From the NCBI GenBank assembly GCA_035540755.1, contig DATLGD010000223.1:152-64151 (forward strand): DNA of 64,000 nt. Direction: 5' to 3'. This document shows positions 19,222 to 29,766 of the stretch, in pieces. The translations under genes and the position numbers were made by a program. Source of the stretch: Mycobacteriales bacterium (lineage in GTDB: Bacteria; Actinomycetota; Actinomycetes; Mycobacteriales; SCTD01). The notes under the pieces were generated by a model. That model worked only from the letters and a program-made list of their open reading frames with translations, was not told the origin of the DNA and did not search any database. Numbering within the stretch: the stretch's first letter is position 1; every line of letters starts with the position of its first letter.

Positions 19222-20963
19222 GCGTGTCATGGGCTTGTCGCGCGGCGCACTACGACGTGCTGGTGGTCGGCAGCGGCTTCGGCGGGAGCGTCAGCGCCCT
19301 CCGGCTGACCGAGAAGGGCTACCGCGTCGGCGTCCTCGAGGCCGGCCGGCGCTACGAGGACGCCGACTTCCCGAAGACCTCGTGGGACCTCCGGAAGTTC
19401 GTGTGGGCGCCGAAGCTCGGGCTCAAGGGCATCCAGCGCATCCACGTGCTCCCGGACATCGTCGTGCTCGGCGGCGCCGGCGTCGGCGGGGGCTCGCTGA
19501 ACTACGCCAACACCCTCTACGAGCCGAAGCGCGACAACTTCTACCGCGACCGGCAGTGGGCGCACATCACCGACTGGCGCTCGGAGCTGGCGCCGTTCTA
19601 CGACCAGGCCAAGCGGATGCTCGGCGTGGTCACCAACCCGACGATGACGGCGTCCGACGAGGTCATGAAGAAGGTCGCCGACGAGATGGGAGTGGGCCAC
19701 ACGTTCGCCATGACGCCGGTCGGCGTGTTCTTCGGGCGCGACGGGCGCAAGGAACCCGGCGTCGAGGTCGAGGACCCGTACTTCGGCGGCGCCGGCCCGG
19801 CGCGCCGTGGCTGCCTCGAGGTCGGCGAGTGCATGACCGGCTGCCGCCACGGCGCCAAGAACACCCTGGTGAAGAACTACCTGCACCTGGCCGAGAAGGC
19901 CGGCGCCGTCGTGCACCCGGAGCGGACCGTGACGCGCGTGCGGCCCCTGGCCGGGGGCGGGTACGCCGTCGACACGGTCAAGACCGGCGCGTGGCAGGCG
20001 GCGCCGACCCTCCGCACGTTCACCGCCGACCAGGTCGTCATGGCCGCCGGCACCTGGGGCACCCAGCAGCTGCTGCACCGGATGAAGGCCGGCGGCGTGC
20101 TGCCCGGCCTGTCCGAGCGGCTCGGCGTGCTCACCCGCACCAACTCCGAGGCGCTCGGCGGAGCGACGACCAAGTGGCGGCACCGCAATCAGGTCGACTT
20201 CACCCGCGGCGTCGCCATCACCTCCTCCATCCACCCCGACGAGCTGACCCACATCGAGCCGGTCCGCTACGGCAAGGGCTCCAACGCGATGGGCCTGCTG
20301 TCGACCGTCGCCACGAGGGGCGGCGGGAGCGTGCCGCGGTGGCGGACCTGGCTGCGGGAGGCGGCCAAGCACCCAGGGCAGGCGCTGTCGCTGTACGGCG
20401 GCATCAACCGGTGGTCCGAGCGCACGATCATCGGCCTGGTCATGCAGGTGCAGGACAACTCGCTGACGCTGTACCCGAAGCGCACCCGGCTCGGCCGGAT
20501 CCGGGTCACCTCCCGTCAGGGTCACGGCCTGCCTAACCCGACGTGGATCCCGGCCGCGCACGAGGCGATGGCTCGCATGGCGAAGCACATCGACGGCTTC
20601 CCCGGCAACAGCGTCGGCGAGATCTTCGACATCCCGATGACCGCCCACTTCCTCGGCGGCTGCGCCATCGGCGACTCGCCGCGCAGCGGCGTCGTCGACG
20701 CCTACCACCGTGCCTACGGGCATGAGGGGCTGCACATCGTGGACGGGTCCGCCATCTCCGCGAACCTCGGTGTCAACCCGTCGCTGACCATCACCGCCCA
20801 GGCGGAGCGGGCGATGTCGCTGTGGCCGAACAAGGGCGAGGACGACCCGCGACCCCCGCTCGGTGCGCAGTACCAGCGCCTCGAGCCGGTGCCGCCGCAG
20901 GCGCCGGTCGTCCCGGCGGCCGCACCGGGCGCCCTGCGGCTGCCCGTGGTGGCGGTGACCTGA
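19218..20963 (+). CDS. GMC-family FAD oxidoreductase (cholesterol oxidase-like)
   Basis: From ATG 19218 in ORF 17853..20963. Dinucleotide fold YDVLVVGSGFGGSVSALRL, C-terminal GLHIVDGSAISANLGVNPSLTI. ATGA overlap with the preceding gene. Confidence 0.8.
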   Translation: MSVSWACRAAHYDVLVVGSGFGGSVSALRLTEKGYRVGVLEAGRRYEDADFPKTSWDLRKFVWAPKLGLKGIQRIHVLPDIVVLGGAGVGGGSLNYANTLYEPKRDNFYRDRQWAHITDWRSELAPFYDQAKRMLGVVTNPTMTASDEVMKKVADEMGVGHTFAMTPVGVFFGRDGRKEPGVEVEDPYFGGAGPARRGCLEVGECMTGCRHGAKNTLVKNYLHLAEKAGAVVHPERTVTRVRPLAGGGYAVDTVKTGAWQAAPTLRTFTADQVVMAAGTWGTQQLLHRMKAGGVLPGLSERLGVLTRTNSEALGGATTKWRHRNQVDFTRGVAITSSIHPDELTHIEPVRYGKGSNAMGLLSTVATRGGGSVPRWRTWLREAAKHPGQALSLYGGINRWSERTIIGLVMQVQDNSLTLYPKRTRLGRIRVTSRQGHGLPNPTWIPAAHEAMARMAKHIDGFPGNSVGEIFDIPMTAHFLGGCAIGDSPRSGVVDAYHRAYGHEGLHIVDGSAISANLGVNPSLTITAQAERAMSLWPNKGEDDPRPPLGAQYQRLEPVPPQAPVVPAAAPGALRLPVVAVT

Positions 20964-21074
20964 GCTCGGCGGCGTACCCTGTAGCCGTGCTTCTGACGAC
21001 CACGTGAGCCGACACGCCTGGCTTCCTGCACGAAGCCGTCCCGCCGTGTCCGCCCTGTCGCCCGAGGAGCCTCG

Positions 21075-22663
<1,589 letters not shown>

Positions 22664-22667
<4 letters not shown>

Positions 22668-23572
22668 GCGTCGGCACGTCCCGGTCCACGACGGCAGCGG
22701 CGAAGGGCTCCCCGGTCGAGCGCGTGCCGGCGCCGGTGCTGGTGCTGGCCGCCGTGGCGTCGGTGCAGACCGGCAGCGCCGTCGCCCGCACCCTGTTCGA
22801 CGCCCTCGGCTCCAACGGGGTGGTGCTGCTGCGCCTCGGCCTGTCGAGCCTGCTCCTGCTCGCCGTGCTGCGGCCGAGGTTCTGGCGCTGGTCGCGGGCC
22901 TCCCTCGGCGCCGCGGCGCTGCTCGGTGTCGCCATGGCCGGCATGAACACGGTCTTCTACCTGTCCATCCGCACCGTGCCGCTCGGGATCGCCGTCACCG
23001 TGGAGTTCCTCGGCCCGCTGCTGCTCGCCCTCGTCCAGACCCGCCGCTGGCGCGACCTCGCCTGGGCGCTCCTGGCGGCTGCCGGTGTCGTCCTGCTCGG
23101 CTTCGACCGCGACGGCGCGCCGCTGGCCGGCCTCGCCCTCGCCTTCCTCGCCGGCCTGTGCTGGGCGGGCTACATCCTGGCCAGTGCCAGGGTCGGCGCA
23201 CTGCTGCCCGGCACCGGCGGGCTCGCCGTGGCGCTGCTGGTGTCGACGGTGCTCGTGCTGCCGCTCGGCGCGCCCGGCGCGGTCGGGCTGGTCGACCGTC
23301 CCGAGCTGCTCCTGGCCGCGCTGGCCGTGGCCGTCCTGTCGTCGGTGCTGCCGTACAGCTTCGAGCTCGCGGCCCTGCGGCGGATCCCGACCCGGGTGTT
23401 CGGGGTGCTCATGTCGCTGCAGCCGGCGGCGGCGGCCGTGGCGGGCCTGCTGGTGCTCGGCCAGCGGCTCGGCGTGCGCGAGGTGGTCGCACTGGTGCTC
23501 GTCAGCCTGGCCAGCGCCGGCGTCACCCTCAGCCGGCGTGAGGGCAGGGCACCGGTCCAGCCGCTCGAGTGA
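22664..23572 (+). CDS. EamA/DMT-family transporter (RhtA-like)
   Basis: ORF 22664..23572. Ten hydrophobic segments arranged as two EamA repeats. GTGA overlap with the ABC-F stop. Confidence 0.8.
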
Positions 23573-23588
23573 CCTGAGCGGCCAGGGA

Positions 23589-24272
23589 TCAGCCGTGCCG
23601 CGACGCCACCTCGGCGCGCAGCGCGGCCAGCTCGTCCCGCAGCTGCTGGACCTCGCGGGCCAGGCTCTCGACCGAGGGCGGTGGCGGCCCGGTGACGGCG
23701 GGTTCGGGCGACTGCGCCTCGGTGGCTGGGTGCGCGTCGTCGCCGGGCGTGGTCGGGACGGGCGGGCCGCTGCCGCCGGCGGGCACCTCGACGAGCAGCT
23801 CGGCGAAGCGGTCCTCCCGCCGACCTGGCAGCCGGGCCACCCTGGTGACCAGGGGCGGCTCGCGCTCGACCAGCAGCCGCAAGACGTCCTCGACCTCCTC
23901 CACGCCGCCGAACGGGTGCATCCGCTCGGTGCGGGTGCGCAGCTCGGCCGCGGTCTGCGGCCCCCGCAGCAGCAGGACGGCCAGCACCGCGACCTCGGCG
24001 GGGGACAGGCCGAGGGCGGCCGGCAGCTCGTGCTGGTGCTTGTCGCTGCGCTCGCCGCTGCGGTGCACGGTGCGCAGCAGGCCCTGCTCGCGCAGGTTGC
24101 GCACCGCGACGCGCACGGTCGTCAGGTCGTAGCACACCACCGGATCCCGGCTGGTCGTCTGGTTGCAGGCAGCGATGAGCGCGTTGTCGGTGAGCGGGTA
24201 CTGCTGCGGCGTCGTCAGCTGCTTCTCGACGAGGCAGCCGAGCACGCGGCCCTCTTCCGGTGTCAGCTCCAC
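23589..24272 (-). CDS. DUF480 (YceH-like) protein
   Basis: ORF 23589..24272. N-terminus LTPEEGRVLGCLVEKQLTTPQQYPLTDNALIAACNQTTSRDPV is the conserved YceH/DUF480 signature. Confidence 0.7.
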   Translation of the reverse strand: MELTPEEGRVLGCLVEKQLTTPQQYPLTDNALIAACNQTTSRDPVVCYDLTTVRVAVRNLREQGLLRTVHRSGERSDKHQHELPAALGLSPAEVAVLAVLLLRGPQTAAELRTRTERMHPFGGVEEVEDVLRLLVEREPPLVTRVARLPGRREDRFAELLVEVPAGGSGPPVPTTPGDDAHPATEAQSPEPAVTGPPPPSVESLAREVQQLRDELAALRAEVASRHG

Positions 24273-24290
24273 GACGGGAGCGTAGGGGCG

Positions 24291-25316
24291 TCAGCGGGGG
24301 AAGACGACGACCGGCCCGCGGACGCCGACCTTGACCGACGCGCCCTGCGGCGGCAGCGGGAACCCGGGGGTGCGGGCCATGGCGACGGCCCCGCCCGGCA
24401 GCTGCAGGTGCAGCAGCGCGTCGTGCCCGAAGAAGACGCGGTCGGCGACGGTGGCCTCCACGCACGGCAGGTCGATCGGGTCGATCTCGAGCTGCTCCGG
24501 ACGCACCACCACCGACACGGGTCCCGTGGCGGGGGACGACGGCACGAGCTGGCCGAGAGGCGAGCTGACCGAGCCGGCCGACGCCGAGCCCTGCAGCACC
24601 ACGACCTCGCCGACGAAGGTGGCGACACCCAGGTCGACCGGGCGGGCGTACACCGACTCCGGATCACCGGCCTGCACCACCTGCCCGTCCCGCACGACGG
24701 CGACGACATCGGCCACCGACAGCGCCTCCTGCTGGTCGTGGGTGACCAGCACCGCCGACGCGCCCGCGGCGTGCAGCGACGCCCGCACCTCGGCACGGAC
24801 CTGCGCGCGCAGGCCGGCGTCGAGCGCGCTGAACGGCTCGTCGAGCAGGACCAGCGAGGGCTCCGGAGCCAGCGCCCGCGCCACCGCCACCCGCTGCTGC
24901 TGGCCACCGGAGAGCTCGTGCGGCATCCGGCCGCCCAGGCCGGCCAGGCCGACCAGCTCCAGCACCTCGTCGACCCGCCTCCCGCGCCGGCCGGTCCGCG
25001 GCAGCCCGAAGCCGACGTTGTCCTGCACCGACAGGTGCGGGAACAGCGCCCCCTCCTGCGGGACGACGGCGACCCGGCGGCGTTCCGGGGGGGTGCACCG
25101 GCCGGGTCCGTCCACGACGTTGCCCGCCACCTCGACCGAGCCGGCGTCGGCGCGCTCGAACCCGGCGACGATGCGCAGCAGGGTGGTCTTGCCGCAGCCG
25201 GAGGGCCCGAGCAGGGCCACCAGCCGGGCCGTCGGCACCTCGAGGTCGAGGCCGCGCAGGACCGGCGCGTCGAAGGACTTCTCGACACCTCTCACGCGCA
25301 GCGCGAGATCGCTCAC
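24291..25316 (-). CDS. ABC importer ATP-binding protein (Fe3+/FbpC-like)
   Basis: From GTG 25316 in ORF 24291..26060. GPSGCGKTT, LSGGQQQRVAVARAL, LLDEPFSALD, plus a C-terminal TOBE-like domain. Confidence 0.85.
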   Translation of the reverse strand: MSDLALRVRGVEKSFDAPVLRGLDLEVPTARLVALLGPSGCGKTTLLRIVAGFERADAGSVEVAGNVVDGPGRCTPPERRRVAVVPQEGALFPHLSVQDNVGFGLPRTGRRGRRVDEVLELVGLAGLGGRMPHELSGGQQQRVAVARALAPEPSLVLLDEPFSALDAGLRAQVRAEVRASLHAAGASAVLVTHDQQEALSVADVVAVVRDGQVVQAGDPESVYARPVDLGVATFVGEVVVLQGSASAGSVSSPLGQLVPSSPATGPVSVVVRPEQLEIDPIDLPCVEATVADRVFFGHDALLHLQLPGGAVAMARTPGFPLPPQGASVKVGVRGPVVVFPR

Positions 25317-26926
25317 CGGTCGCTCCCTCGGGACAGGGCGCCGCTGCGCACGCCGACCAGCCAGGTCGGCACGGCGGAGAGCAGCACCAGCAGTGCAGCG
25401 TAGGGCGCGGCGCGGGAGTAGGCCGCGACGCCGGTCTCGGTCCAGAGCCGGGTGGCGAGGGTCTCGGTGCCCAGCGGACGCAGGAGCAGGGTGGCCGGCA
25501 GCTCCTTCATGCAGGTGAGGAACACCAGTGCCGCGCCGGCGCCGATCCCGGGCATGGCCAGCGGCAGTGTGACCCGCCGCAGCACCGCCAGCGGGCGTGA
25601 GCCGGCGGCGCGCGCCACCTCCTCCAGCGACGGCGGTGACTGCGCGGCCGAGGCGTGCACGGCGCCCACCGCCAGCGGCAGGAACAGCACCACGTAGGCC
25701 AGCACGAGCACGGGGGTCCGCTGGTACAGCGGCGCCGCCCACCGCACCGAGAGGAACACCAGGGCCAGCGCGACGACGATGCCGGGCAGGGCGTGGCCGA
25801 CGTAGGAGGCCCGCTCGAGCAGCATCGGCAGCCGGCCGCTGCGCCGGGCCGCCAGCACGCCGACCGGGATGGCGAGCAGCGTGGTGGCGACCGCGCCGAG
25901 CGCTGCCACGGTCAGCGACGTGCCGGCGGCCTGCAGCAGCGGCACGGTCGGGAACGCGCTCGTCGCCCCGACGGCGCTCCAGTAGACCAGCGCCGCAGCG
26001 GGCACGCCGAGGGCGAGCGCGGCGGCGCCGCCGACGGCGGCGAAGGCCGGCCACCTCCACCGGCCGAGCGGGGCGACGATCGGCACCCGTGCGCCGCCGG
26101 CCCCGACCCGGGCGTACTGCGCCCGGCCCCGGGTGCGGCTCTCGAGCCAGACCAGCACCACCGTCACCGCCACGAGCAGCAGCCCGAGCACCGCGGCCGG
26201 CGTCCGGTCGAAGGAGGACTGGTAGGAGGTGTAGATGACCCGGGTGAAGGCGTCGAACCGCATGATCGACACCGCGCCGAAGTCGGACAGCACGTAGAGG
26301 GCCACGATGAGGCCGCCCGCAGCGAGCGCCGGCCGGAGCTGCGGCAGGGTCACCCGTCGGAAGGCCTGCCAGGACGACAGGCCCAGCGACCGGGCCACTT
26401 CCTCACCGGCCGGGTCGAGCCGGCGCAGCGACGCGGCGACAGGCAGCAGCACGTAGGGGTAGGAGCAGGCGGTCAGGACGATCGCCGCGCCCCAGAAGCC
26501 GGCGAGGCCGGGCCACAGCGACAGCCAGGCGAAGGCCGCGACGTAGGTCGGGACGGCCAGCGGCAGGGCGACCACGACGGCCCACACCCGACGGCCGGGC
26601 AGGTCGCTGCGCACGCTCAGCCAGGCGAGCGCGACCCCGACCGCCAGGCAGGCCGCGGTGACGACGGCGGCCAGCCCGAGGCTGCGCAGCAGCAGGCGGG
26701 CGGTCCGCTCGCGCCACAGCACCTCTGCGACGACGTCGAGCCCGTTCTCCGTGGCCCGGACGACCAGGTACACCAGCGGCAGCAGGGCGATGGCCGCCGT
26801 CAGGCAGGCCGGGACGACCAGCAGCAGGGAGGGGCGGGCGCTGCGCCGCCGGGCCGGGACAGGCCGGAGCCCCTGGAGGACGGGATCGTCCGCCAGGGGC
26901 GTCGGCAGCGGGGGAGCGGTGCTCAG
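25313..26926 (-). CDS. two-domain ABC importer permease (FbpB-like); start codon unresolved
   Basis: Lower part of ORF 25313..27919. Twelve hydrophobic segments with two EAA-like loops (EEVARSLGLSSWQAFRRVTLPQL, EEVARAAGSRPLAVLRRVTLPL). No ATG/GTG/TTG lies upstream of TM1 near the SBP stop (see findings). Confidence 0.75.
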   Translation of the reverse strand: MSTAPPLPTPLADDPVLQGLRPVPARRRSARPSLLLVVPACLTAAIALLPLVYLVVRATENGLDVVAEVLWRERTARLLLRSLGLAAVVTAACLAVGVALAWLSVRSDLPGRRVWAVVVALPLAVPTYVAAFAWLSLWPGLAGFWGAAIVLTACSYPYVLLPVAASLRRLDPAGEEVARSLGLSSWQAFRRVTLPQLRPALAAGGLIVALYVLSDFGAVSIMRFDAFTRVIYTSYQSSFDRTPAAVLGLLLVAVTVVLVWLESRTRGRAQYARVGAGGARVPIVAPLGRWRWPAFAAVGGAAALALGVPAAALVYWSAVGATSAFPTVPLLQAAGTSLTVAALGAVATTLLAIPVGVLAARRSGRLPMLLERASYVGHALPGIVVALALVFLSVRWAAPLYQRTPVLVLAYVVLFLPLAVGAVHASAAQSPPSLEEVARAAGSRPLAVLRRVTLPLAMPGIGAGAALVFLTCMKELPATLLLRPLGTETLATRLWTETGVAAYSRAAPYAALLVLLSAVPTWLVGVRSGALSRGSDR

Positions 26927-28011
26927 GTCAGCCCGACCTCGTCCAGCAGGCGCAGGGTCTCGTCGAGGGTGTCGAGGTCGCTGAGGTCGACATCGGGCGC
27001 GTCGACGGACTCCAGGGAGGGCAGGCCGGGCACGTCTGCCTCGACGCCGTCGATGAGCGGGAACTCCTTGGTCTCCTCGGCGAAGTAGGTCTGGCCCTCC
27101 TCCGAGAGCAGGAAGTCGACGAAGGCGGCCGTGCGGTCGTCGGCGTTGCCGGGCAGGACGCCGACGCCGGCGACGTTGACCAGCGAGCCGATGTCGCCGC
27201 CCGGGAAGAAGTGGTTGCGGGCGTTCAGCGCCTCGAGGCCGCCCTCGGTCTCGGCCGCCTTCTCGTACAGGTAGTAGTGGTTGACCAGGCCCATCGGCAC
27301 CTGGCCGTCGTTCACCGCGTCGACGATGAGGCCGTTGCGCTCGTAGGCCTGCGGGTCGTTGGCCGCGAAGCCCTCGAGCCACTCGCGGGTGCGCTCCTCG
27401 CCCGCCGTGACCCGCATGCCGGTGACGAACGACTGGAACGAGGCGTTGGTCGGGGCGAACGCCACCCGACCGCGGTACTCGGGCTCGGTGAGGTCGAAGA
27501 CGCTCTGCGGCAGGTCGGCCTCGGCGACGAGGTCGCGGTTGTAGACGAGCACACGGGCGCGGCCGGACACGCCGACCCAGCTGCCCTCGGCGGACCGGTA
27601 CTGCGCGGGCACCCGGTCGAGGACGGCGTCGTCGAGCGGCTCGAGCAGGTCGGCGTTCTGCAGCGCCCCGAGCGCGCCGGCGTCCTGGGACAGGAAGACG
27701 TCGGCCGGGGTGCGCTCGCCCTCCTCGAGCAGCTGGGCGGCCAGCTCGGCGCTGCCGCCGTAGCGGGCGGTGACCTCGATGCCGGTGGCCTCGGTGAACT
27801 GCTCCAGCAGCGGCGCGACGAGGTTCTCGTTGCGGCCGCTGTAGACGACGAGCGGGCCGGCGTCGCTCGCGGTGTCCTCGGTCGGTGCGGCAGTGGCGCC
27901 GGTGTCGTCGCCGCCGCACGCGGCGAGGGTCACGAGCAGGCCTGCGGCCGCGGCGGCGGCGATCAGCCGCTGCGGCAGGCGACGGGACAGGCGGAGGGGC
28001 GGACGGTGCAC
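26923..28011 (-). CDS. lipoprotein, Fe(III)-type ABC substrate-binding protein (FbpA/AfuA-like)
   Basis: In ORF 26923..28107 from GTG 28011 (GGAGA 6 nt upstream). Signal peptide and lipobox LTLAAC. VVYSGRNENLVAPLLEQFTEATGIEV is typical of the iron(III)-binding family. Confidence 0.8.
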   Translation of the reverse strand: MHRPPLRLSRRLPQRLIAAAAAAGLLVTLAACGGDDTGATAAPTEDTASDAGPLVVYSGRNENLVAPLLEQFTEATGIEVTARYGGSAELAAQLLEEGERTPADVFLSQDAGALGALQNADLLEPLDDAVLDRVPAQYRSAEGSWVGVSGRARVLVYNRDLVAEADLPQSVFDLTEPEYRGRVAFAPTNASFQSFVTGMRVTAGEERTREWLEGFAANDPQAYERNGLIVDAVNDGQVPMGLVNHYYLYEKAAETEGGLEALNARNHFFPGGDIGSLVNVAGVGVLPGNADDRTAAFVDFLLSEEGQTYFAEETKEFPLIDGVEADVPGLPSLESVDAPDVDLSDLDTLDETLRLLDEVGLT

Positions 28012-28274
28012 GGGGTCTCCAGCAGAGCGAGGGACCGGACGGTCCCCGGGTAAGGGCAACCTCACCTCATTCCCGCCCTTCAAGGCAAGTGATGTGAGAC
28101 AGAGCACCTCGGCGCGGGCCGATGCGGTCCTCGCCGCGGTGGCGGCCGCGGGGGTTTCCCGCGATCATGAGGGGATACGAAGCGGACGTCCCGGTCATCA
28201 CTCTTGACGGACGCCGCCGGGTGATGAGCACGCCAGACCGGAAGCACTCCAGACCGTACGAAGAGGGGCACGCT

Positions 28275-28484
28275 GTGGCAGAGCTGAAGAAGGGTTCCCG
28301 GGTCACCGGCGACGACCGCACGGCCCTCGCGGCCGACCTCAAGAAGCGGTACGAGAAGGGCGAGAGCATCCGCCTGCTGGCCGAGTCCTCGGGGCGCTCC
28401 TACGGCTTCGTGCACCGCATCCTCTCGGAGTCGGGCACCACGCTGCGCGGCCGGGGCGGAGCCACCCGCAAGAAGACCTCCTGA
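28275..28484 (+). CDS. small helix-turn-helix DNA-binding protein (69 aa; possible Rv1473A counterpart, locus tag from memory)
   Basis: Tail of ORF 28122..28484 from GTG 28275 (GAGGGG 7 nt upstream). AELKKGSRVTGDDRTALAADLKKRYEKGESIRLLAESSGRSYGFVHRILSESGTTLRGRGG resembles a small HTH protein common in actinobacteria. Confidence 0.7.
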   Translation: MAELKKGSRVTGDDRTALAADLKKRYEKGESIRLLAESSGRSYGFVHRILSESGTTLRGRGGATRKKTS

Positions 28485-28574
28485 CCGTCCTCCCGGGGGT
28501 CGCGGGCAGGGGCTCAGCCTGACGGTGCGAGGCTGGAGACGGCCAGCGTGCGCAGCGACAGGGAGATCTCGGCA

Positions 28575-29729
28575 GTGGACCTCACGCTCAGCGAGGAGCA
28601 GGACGCCTTCCGCAAGGCGGTCAGGGAGTGGGTGGACGACGTCGTCGTCCCGCGAGCGCTTCAGAACGACCGCGAGGAGCGCTTCCCGCAGGAGGCGTTC
28701 GAGGGGCTGAAGCAGAACGGCTTCCTCGGCCTGTCGATCCCCGAGGAGTACGGCGGCGGCGGCGCCGATCCGGTCTCCTACGCCCTGATGATCGAGGAGC
28801 TCGGCCGGGGCGACGCCAACGTGCGCTCGATCGTGTCGGTCTCGCTCGGCCTGGTCGCCGGGACGATCGCCCGGATGGGCACCGAGGACCAGAAGCAGCA
28901 GTGGCTGCCGCGGATGGCCACCGGCGAGGTCGTCGCCTGCTTCGGCCTCACCGAGCCCGACCACGGCAGCGACGCCGGCAACCTGACCGGCACCGCCGTG
29001 AAGCAGGACGACGGCTCGTACGTCCTGAACACCCGCAAGATCTTCATCACCAACGGCACCATCGCGCAGCTCGCCCTGGTCATGGCCCGCACCGGCGGCG
29101 AGGGCAGCCGCGGCGTCAGCGCCTTCCTCGTCCCGACCGACGCGCCCGGCTTCACGGCCAACCAGATCCACGGCAAGCTCGGGCTGCGCTCCTGCGACAC
29201 CGCCGAGCTGGTCCTCGACGACGTCCGCGTCGGGCCGGAGGCGCTGCTCGGCGGGGTCGAGGGCACCGGCATCAAGGCCGCGCTGTCGGCGCTCGGCGAC
29301 GGCCGCATGTCGATCGCCGCGTCCTGCACCGGCATCATCCAGGCCTGCCTGGACTCGATGGTCGAGTACACGACCCAGCGCGAGCAGTTCGGCAAGAAGA
29401 TCGCCGCCCACCAGCTGGTGCAGGAGCTGCTCGCCGACACCGCGGTGCTGCTCGACGCCTCGCGGCTGATGTACCTGCGCGCGGCCGACCTCAAGGCCCG
29501 CGGCGAGGACTACGCGCTGGCCTCGTCCAAGGCCAAGCTGTTCGCCACCGAGGCGTCGGTCACCGCGGCGAACAACTGCGTGCAGGCCTACGGCGGCTAC
29601 GGCTACATCGACGAGTACCCGGCCGGGAAGTACCTGCGCGACGCCAGGGTTACCACGCTGTACGAGGGAACCAGCCAGGTGCAGAAGCTCATCATCGGGC
29701 GGGCCCTCACCGGCATCTCGGCGTTCTAG
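28575..29729 (+). CDS. acyl-CoA dehydrogenase
   Basis: In ORF 28548..29729. GTG 28575 gives the usual N-terminus VDLTLSEEQ. Motifs CFGLTEPDHGSDA, TNG, QAYGGYGY and the catalytic-base region YEGTSQVQ. Confidence 0.9.
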   Translation: MDLTLSEEQDAFRKAVREWVDDVVVPRALQNDREERFPQEAFEGLKQNGFLGLSIPEEYGGGGADPVSYALMIEELGRGDANVRSIVSVSLGLVAGTIARMGTEDQKQQWLPRMATGEVVACFGLTEPDHGSDAGNLTGTAVKQDDGSYVLNTRKIFITNGTIAQLALVMARTGGEGSRGVSAFLVPTDAPGFTANQIHGKLGLRSCDTAELVLDDVRVGPEALLGGVEGTGIKAALSALGDGRMSIAASCTGIIQACLDSMVEYTTQREQFGKKIAAHQLVQELLADTAVLLDASRLMYLRAADLKARGEDYALASSKAKLFATEASVTAANNCVQAYGGYGYIDEYPAGKYLRDARVTTLYEGTSQVQKLIIGRALTGISAF

Positions 29730-29766
29730 GAGCCCCTCCTCGCGCCGGCCGCGAGGAGGGGACCGC

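Noticed and set aside
20987-21007. Mini-ORF GTG CTT CTG ACG ACC ACG TGA upstream of the ABC-F gene, considered as a leader peptide like those of antibiotic-resistance ABC-F genes
   Set aside because: It has no Shine-Dalgarno and no convincing alternative hairpins in the 111-nt leader. The ABC-F gene looks like the housekeeping, syntenic copy.
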